A stretch of DNA of 64,000 nucleotides. Source: Gammaproteobacteria bacterium (GTDB taxonomy: Bacteria > Pseudomonadota > Gammaproteobacteria > SZUA-140). The translations under genes and the position numbers were made by a program. This document shows, piece by piece, positions 58,882-64,000 of the stretch (positions within the stretch are counted from its first letter, which is position 1; each line of letters opens with the position of its first letter). The stretch spans positions 9,094 to 73,093 of the forward strand of contig JACREF010000011.1 in assembly GCA_016218365.1 (NCBI GenBank), written 5' to 3'. The notes below the pieces were generated by a model. It saw only the letters and a program-made list of their open reading frames with translations. It ran no database searches and was not told the origin of the DNA.

Positions 58882-59567
58882 AGCCATCTGCCGACAAGCT
58901 GTGTCGGGTGCTTGACTACCGCTTTGCCGAGCCATTGCTGCTGCAACAGGCGCTGACCCATCGCAGTGCCGATGCTGTCAACAATGAGCGGCTGGAATTT
59001 CTCGGCGATGCGATCCTGGGGCTTGTCATTGCCGACCTGCTATATCAGCGGTTTCCGGACATTGGCGAGGGCATGTTGAGCCGGGCGCGCGCCACCCTGG
59101 TCAAGGGCGAGACACTGGCCATGCTGGCACGGCAGCTGGCACTGGGCGATTATATGATCCTGGGCAGCGGCGAGCTGAAGAGCGGTGGTCATCGCCGCGA
59201 TTCGATCCTGGCGGGGATGCTGGAGGCGATCATTGGTGCCATCTATATCGATGGCGGGATCGAGCCGGCACGTCATGTCATCGGCGGGCTGTACCGCGTC
59301 ACGCTGCAGGATTTTTCCGCCGATGATATCACCAAGGATCCGAAGACCCGGCTGCAGGAATACCTGCAGGCCCGGCAGCTGCCGCTGCCCCAGTATGAGG
59401 TGACGGCGATCAGCGGTTATGAACATGAGCAGATGTTCTCGGTGCAGTGCCGGATTGCCGGTATTGCTGGTGCCGGTGCCGGACAGGGCGGTAACCGGCG
59501 TCGCGCCGAACAGCAGGCGGCGCAACAGATGCTGGAGATTCTTATGCAACAACAGAATGGTGGCTGA
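58878..59567 (+). CDS. rnc: Ribonuclease III
   Basis: RNase III signature ERLEFLGDA; C-terminal dsRBD. Confidence 0.9.
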   Translation: MKPSADKLCRVLDYRFAEPLLLQQALTHRSADAVNNERLEFLGDAILGLVIADLLYQRFPDIGEGMLSRARATLVKGETLAMLARQLALGDYMILGSGELKSGGHRRDSILAGMLEAIIGAIYIDGGIEPARHVIGGLYRVTLQDFSADDITKDPKTRLQEYLQARQLPLPQYEVTAISGYEHEQMFSVQCRIAGIAGAGAGQGGNRRRAEQQAAQQMLEILMQQQNGG

Positions 59568-59568
59568 G

Positions 59569-60456
59569 ATGTCAGTGCAGCATTGCGGCTATGTCGCGAT
59601 CATCGGCCGGCCGAACGTCGGCAAGTCGACGTTATTGAACCGTATCCTCGGTCAGAAGATCGCGATCACCTCACGCAAGGCCCAGACCACCCGCCACCGT
59701 ATCCTCGGCATCAAGACCCACGACCACGTGCAGGCGATCTATGTCGACACCCCGGGCATCCATCAGGCAGGCAAGAAGGTCATGAACCGGCTGCTCAACA
59801 AGGCAGCCCTCGACAGTCTGCATGATGTCGATCTGGTGGTGTTCGTCGTTGATGGTACCCGTTGGCTCGATGAAGACCAGTACATCCTTGATAAGCTGGG
59901 CAAGTTCAAACAGCCGATCCTGCTCGCCGTTAACAAGATCGATCAGATCGATGATCGCGAGGTCTTGCTGCCGCACCTGGAGTTTCTGTCCAGCCAGTGC
60001 AACTTTGCCGCGATCGTACCGATCTCGGCGCAAAAGGGCGAGAATCTGGCGGCGCTGGAGCGCGAGGTCGAGGCCCGGTTGCCGGCATCGCCGGCGTATT
60101 TTCCCGAGGATCAGATCACTGATCGCAGTCAGCGTTTCCTGACTGCCGAGTTGATCCGGGAGAAACTGACCCGCAATCTGGGTCAGGAGCTGCCGTATTC
60201 ATTGACAGTGGAGATCGAAAAATATGACGATCAGGGCGAGCTGGTCAGCATCTATGCGCTGATCTGGCTGGAGCGCGAATCGCAGAAGGCCATCGTCATC
60301 GGCAAGAATGGCCAGCTGCTGAAAAAGGTTGGAACCCAGGTGCGGCTGGAGCTGGAGCGCAACCTGGAGCGCAAGGTCTATCTGCAGCTGTGGGTCCGGG
60401 TCAAGGACAGCTGGGCCGATGATGAGCGCGCATTGCGGGATTTTGGTTACGAGTAA
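59569..60456 (+). CDS. era: GTPase Era
   Basis: Start [22 protein letters not shown] (aligns with E. coli [24 protein letters not shown]); KH domain at C-terminus. Confidence 0.9.
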   Translation: [295 protein letters not shown]

Positions 60457-60517
60457 TGGCGGCGCTGCATCATTCCGCCCAGCCGTATCCGGGCCGCATC
60501 AGGCGCGAGGGGGTGTG

Positions 60518-61330
60518 ATGGGGGCGACACAGATCAGTCTACAACCCGCGTTCATGCTGCACGGCAGGCCCTATCGTGACACCAGCCTGTTGCTTGATAT
60601 CCTGACGCCTGATCATGGCCGCGTCAGCCTGGTGGCGCGCGGCGTGCGCCGGCCGCGCTCGGCCTTGCCGGCCTTGCTGCAACCGTTTACGCCGCTGTTG
60701 ATGTCATGGACCGGTCGTCATGAGCTGAAGACGATGATCTCCGCCGAGCGTGACGGCGCGCCGTGGCGTTTGGCCGGGCGGCAGATGGCCAGCGGCTTCT
60801 ATGCCAATGAATTGCTGCTGCGGCTGCTCGGCCACGAGGATCCGCATCCCCGGCTGTTTGACCATTATGGCCGGTTGCTCGGACGTCTGCTGCAATCGCC
60901 ACAACTGGCCGCAGACCCGGCGGCGCTGCTGCGCCATGAAGAGCAGGCGCTGCGCGTGTTCGAGAAGTATCTGCTCGATGAACTCGGTTATGGCCTGCAG
61001 CTGGAGCGGGATGCGGTCAGCGGCATGCCGTTGCAGCCCGGTCAGCATTATAATTACCATCTGGACCATGGGCCGGTGATCCTGGGCGGTGCCGATCCGC
61101 TTGGCAATGAGCCGTCGATCGCGATCAGCGGCGCCGCGTTGCGGGCGCTGGCTATGGATACCGTGCTGGAGCCGCAATGCTTGCAGCAATGCAAGCAGCT
61201 GATGCGCATGGTGCTGAAGCCGCTGCTCGGCGAGCGGCCGTTGTACAGCCGCCAGTTGTTCCGCGGCCTGCACACGCCGGTGGAGCCGGCGACAAACAGT
61301 GAACAACACCCATCAACGATTGAGGCATGA
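60518..61330 (+). CDS. recO: DNA repair protein RecO
   Basis: Start MGATQISLQPAFMLHGRPYRDTSLLLDILT (RecO N-terminal OB fold). Confidence 0.85.
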   Translation: MGATQISLQPAFMLHGRPYRDTSLLLDILTPDHGRVSLVARGVRRPRSALPALLQPFTPLLMSWTGRHELKTMISAERDGAPWRLAGRQMASGFYANELLLRLLGHEDPHPRLFDHYGRLLGRLLQSPQLAADPAALLRHEEQALRVFEKYLLDELGYGLQLERDAVSGMPLQPGQHYNYHLDHGPVILGGADPLGNEPSIAISGAALRALAMDTVLEPQCLQQCKQLMRMVLKPLLGERPLYSRQLFRGLHTPVEPATNSEQHPSTIEA

Positions 61331-61336
61331 TACGTA

Positions 61337-62071
61337 ATGGCTGAAGGCATCCTGCTCGGCGTCAATATCGACCATATCGCCACCTTGCGTCAGGCGCGCG
61401 GCACCCGTTATCCGGATCCGGTGCAGGCTGCCTTCGAGGCCGAACAGGCCGGGGCCGACAGCATCACGCTGCACCTGCGCGAAGATCGCCGTCACATCCA
61501 GCAACGCGATGTCGAGGTCATGAAGGGTACGCTGCAGACCCGGATGAACCTGGAGATGGCGGTCACCGACGAGATGCTACGCATCGCCGCACAGCTTCGG
61601 CCCGAGAACTGCTGTCTGGTGCCGGAGCGGCGCGCCGAACTGACCACCGAAGGGGGGCTCGATGTGCGCGGCCAGCAGACCCGGCTGCGTGAGGCCTGCC
61701 AGCGGCTGCATGACGCCGGCATCATCGTGTCGCTGTTCATCGATGCCGACCTGGAGCAGATCGATGCGGCGTTGCGCTGCGGGGCGCCGGCGATCGAGAT
61801 CCACACCGGTCAGTATGCCGAAGGCGTGACGCCGCAGGCCCGCCAGGCCGAGCTGCAGCGCATCACCGCGGCCGTGGCCCATGGCCGTGCCGCCGGCCTG
61901 CAGGTCAATGCCGGACACGGACTCAATTACACCAATGTCGAGGCGGTGGCGGCGATCCCCGGCATCGCCGAGCTGAACATCGGTCATGCGATCATCGCCC
62001 GGGCCTTGTTCACCGGCCTGCAGCCGGCGGTTGCCGAGATGAAGCGGCTGATGCGCGAGGCACGGCGTTGA
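61337..62071 (+). CDS. pdxJ: Pyridoxine 5'-phosphate synthase
   Basis: [17 protein letters not shown] and HLREDRRHI motifs. Confidence 0.9.
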   Translation: MAEGILLGVNIDHIATLRQARGTRYPDPVQAAFEAEQAGADSITLHLREDRRHIQQRDVEVMKGTLQTRMNLEMAVTDEMLRIAAQLRPENCCLVPERRAELTTEGGLDVRGQQTRLREACQRLHDAGIIVSLFIDADLEQIDAALRCGAPAIEIHTGQYAEGVTPQARQAELQRITAAVAHGRAAGLQVNAGHGLNYTNVEAVAAIPGIAELNIGHAIIARALFTGLQPAVAEMKRLMREARR

Positions 62072-62460
62072 TCCACGGCATCGGCACCGACATCGTCGCC
62101 GTCAGCCGGCTGCAGCACGGGCTGAAGCGGTTTGGTGAACGGTTTGCACAGCGCCTGCTGACGCCCGGTGAGTGGCAGACCTATCAGCGTCAGGCGCATC
62201 CGGCGCGCTTTCTGGCCAAGCGTTTTGCCGCCAAGGAGGCCTGCGCCAAGGCGATGGGGCTGGGTTTCCGTGATGGTATGAGTCTACGTGACATCGCAGT
62301 GATTAATGATCCGCTGGGGCGGCCGCAGCTGCAGTTCAGCGGCCGGGCCGCCGAGTTGCGGGTGCAGCTTGGGATCGGCGATGCACATCTCAGTTTGTCT
62401 GATGAGCAGGAGTATGCAATTGCATTTGTTACACTGCTGAAGTCCGGGTGCTGCGCCTGA
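62068..62460 (+). CDS. acpS: Holo-[acyl-carrier-protein] synthase
   Basis: [10 protein letters not shown]-terminal motif; FAAKEA; TTG start overlapping the pdxJ stop. Confidence 0.85.
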   Translation: MIHGIGTDIVAVSRLQHGLKRFGERFAQRLLTPGEWQTYQRQAHPARFLAKRFAAKEACAKAMGLGFRDGMSLRDIAVINDPLGRPQLQFSGRAAELRVQLGIGDAHLSLSDEQEYAIAFVTLLKSGCCA

Positions 62461-62467
62461 TTGCACC

Positions 62468-62496
62468 TTGCAAGCCCGTGACCGGGCTGGTATAGT
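62468..62496 (+). promoter_or_regulatory. metY: Sigma-70 promoter for tRNA-fMet (TTGCAA-17-TATAGT)
   Basis: Read directly; 17-bp spacer; ~14 nt upstream of the tRNA 5' end. Confidence 0.6.
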
Positions 62497-62510
62497 GCGC
62501 ACGCAATCGA

Positions 62511-62587
<77 letters not shown>

Positions 62588-62638
62588 CATCTTTTTGCAT
62601 AATCCGCTTCACAATCTGTTTCTAAATTTATGATCGGT

Positions 62639-63055
62639 CTAGACCTGTTCGGACACATCCCTGTGGTCGTGGCCGGTCTGTGTCTGCTTGATCTTCAGGT
62701 ATGACACGATCTCGTCGATGGTCTCGGCATCGAGCAACTCGACATAAGGCGCTACTTTATTAAGCAGATGCAGCGTTTGCAGCGGCTGGCCGTGGGTCTG
62801 GCCGGTCAGGAAATAGTGTTCGTCGCAGCCGGTCAGCCGGCAGACCCGGGTGATGTAGCGATGCGGCAGCAGCGAGCGGTTTTCGTATTTCGGGTAGGTT
62901 GTGGCCGGTATCCCCAGGGCCTTGGCAAAGTCGGTCATCCGCTCGTAGCCGGCCTTCAGCCGCAGTTCCTTCAGACGGCTGCAGACGGATTCCTTGAACT
63001 GTCCCGGTGTGATCTCCAGTGACATGGCAGGCCCTCCGTGCGCATGGACTGACAC
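62639..63055 (-). CDS. XRE/Cro-type helix-turn-helix DNA-binding protein (probable true start ~63025 at MSLEITPGQ)
   Basis: LKELRLKAGYERMTDFAKALGIPATTYPKYE HTH_XRE signature; sits between metY and rimP. Confidence 0.55.
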   Translation of the reverse strand: MSVHAHGGPAMSLEITPGQFKESVCSRLKELRLKAGYERMTDFAKALGIPATTYPKYENRSLLPHRYITRVCRLTGCDEHYFLTGQTHGQPLQTLHLLNKVAPYVELLDAETIDEIVSYLKIKQTQTGHDHRDVSEQV

Positions 63056-63186
63056 TATTATCGGCTATTCGCACTGCTCCGGACATTCCCTCTTGGCAAT
63101 ATGTCTCGATGTAGCCGGTGGCGCAAGGGATTTTTTGCCGCTGGACCGGGTTTACAAGGCATGGATTTTGAAGGTGAAACTGTATG

Positions 63187-63215
63187 TTGCAGAATTATTG
63201 AATCACTCATATAAT
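63187..63215 (+). promoter_or_regulatory. Near-consensus sigma-70 promoter TTGCAG-17-TATAAT
   Basis: Read directly; predicted TSS ~63222. Confidence 0.6.
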
Positions 63216-63253
63216 AAGGCCCGGTTGTTCTGGGGTCTGCTGGTCGCCGAAGT

Positions 63254-63276
63254 ACCTCCGTCAGGGGGTTTTTTTT
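63254..63276 (+). terminator. Intrinsic terminator (ACCUCC-GUCA-GGGGGU stem + U8)
   Basis: 6-bp GC-rich stem (one G-U) followed by eight T. Confidence 0.55.
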
Positions 63277-63312
63277 CGCGGCCGTTCCAGAGCGGTGAAT
63301 GTGGTTTTTCAA

Positions 63313-63336
63313 GATGGGCCTAGGGCCCATTTTTTG
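63313..63336 (+). terminator. Intrinsic terminator (AUGGGCC-UA-GGCCCAU + U6)
   Basis: Perfect 7-bp stem followed by TTTTTTG; second of two tandem terminators upstream of rimP. Confidence 0.6.
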
Positions 63337-63353
63337 TTTCGAGTACCTGGGAA

Positions 63354-63812
63354 ATGGAACGTCAGCTGCACGAGCATCTGCAGCAGTTGCTGGAACCGGC
63401 GGCCGCGGCCGTGGGTTGCGAACTGCTCGGTATTGAGTTCCAGATCCAGGGACACCGTCCGGTGTTGCGGCTGTTCATCGACCGGGACGAAGGGATTACG
63501 CTGGAGGATTGCGAGCGCGTCAGTCACCAGGCCAGCGGGGTGCTGGATGTCGAGGACCCGATCCGCAGCCACTATGCGCTGGAGGTGTCGTCGCCGGGGC
63601 TGGATCGCCCGCTGTTCAAAGAGGCGCATTTTGCCCGCTTTACCGGTCAGCTGGCCAGGGTGAAGCTGCTGAAGGCGATTGCCGGGCGGCGCAATTTCAC
63701 CGGCCGTTTGCGCGGCGTGCACGACGGCAAGGTGCGCATGGAAGTGGAAGAAGAGATTGTGGAGTTCGAGGTCGATCAGATCGACAAGGCCAGACTGGTA
63801 CCGGAATTATAG
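63354..63812 (+). CDS. rimP: Ribosome maturation factor RimP
   Basis: 152 aa; EVSSPGLDRPL motif; upstream of nusA. Confidence 0.85.
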   Translation: MERQLHEHLQQLLEPAAAAVGCELLGIEFQIQGHRPVLRLFIDRDEGITLEDCERVSHQASGVLDVEDPIRSHYALEVSSPGLDRPLFKEAHFARFTGQLARVKLLKAIAGRRNFTGRLRGVHDGKVRMEVEEEIVEFEVDQIDKARLVPEL

Positions 63813-63845
63813 GTTTAGCTGCGGATAGTTTAAGGGCGTACGGAC

Positions 63846-64000
63846 ATGAGCAAAGAGATTCTGATGGTGGTGGATGCGGTCTCCAACGAGCGTGGGCTCG
63901 ACAAGGGGACCATCGTCAGTGCGATCGAGGCGGCGCTGGCGGCAGCCACCAAGAAAAAACATGGCGGCGAGATCGAGGTGCGGGTCGCGATCAATCGCAG
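63846..64000 (+). CDS. nusA: Transcription termination/antitermination factor NusA (N-terminal fragment, runs off window)
   Basis: [38 protein letters not shown] matches the NusA N-terminus. Confidence 0.85.
   Translation, partial: MSKEILMVVDAVSNERGLDKGTIVSAIEAALAAATKKKHGGEIEVRVAINR

Overview
This 64-kb window looks like a chromosomal segment of a high-GC (~60-63%) gammaproteobacterium. The call rests on gene order: rpoE-rseA-rseC-degQ, lepA-lepB-rnc-era-recO-pdxJ-acpS, metY(tRNA-fMet)-rimP-nusA, ygfZ/sdhCDAB-sdhE-ygfX, recJ, prfB-lysS and nadB. Housekeeping and regulatory content: (i) the 3' part of a yejBEF-type peptide/microcin ABC importer; (ii) prfB with its conserved +1 frameshift site; (iii) a sigma-E autoregulatory promoter in front of rpoE; (iv) a tRNA-fMet almost identical to E. 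coli metY, with its own promoter. Accessory content: (i) a methyl-accepting chemotaxis protein (MCP); (ii) a complete but unusually arranged MSHA-type type IV pilus locus (mshE-mshG-mshA-minor pilins-mshI(split)-J-K-L-M-N) on the minus strand, bracketed by the MCP and a CheY-like/CheX-like pair; (iii) a second minor-pilin cassette (fimT-pilW-pilX-pilV); (iv) an O-methyltransferase/Fe-alcohol dehydrogenase pair; (v) the mtnBDC methionine-salvage operon. Repeats include two direct copies of a ~160-bp MITE-like element with hairpin-rich flanks (ATTCCC-N8-GGGAAT type palindromes) bracketing ~13 kb, and a REP-like palindrome cluster downstream of lysS. The most interesting region is a ~2.6-kb low-GC island at 33.5-36.2 kb, sitting exactly between two convergent host genes. 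It carries a translationally coupled three-gene operon on the minus strand: an unknown Lys-tailed protein, a ParA/MinD-type ATPase and a RelA/SpoT-family nucleotidyltransferase (toxSAS/small-alarmone-synthetase-like). I do not recognise this gene combination as a described toxin-antitoxin or anti-phage system. All coordinates come from the ORF track plus manual reading and are +/-1-2 nt for hand-placed motifs; no database searches were run.
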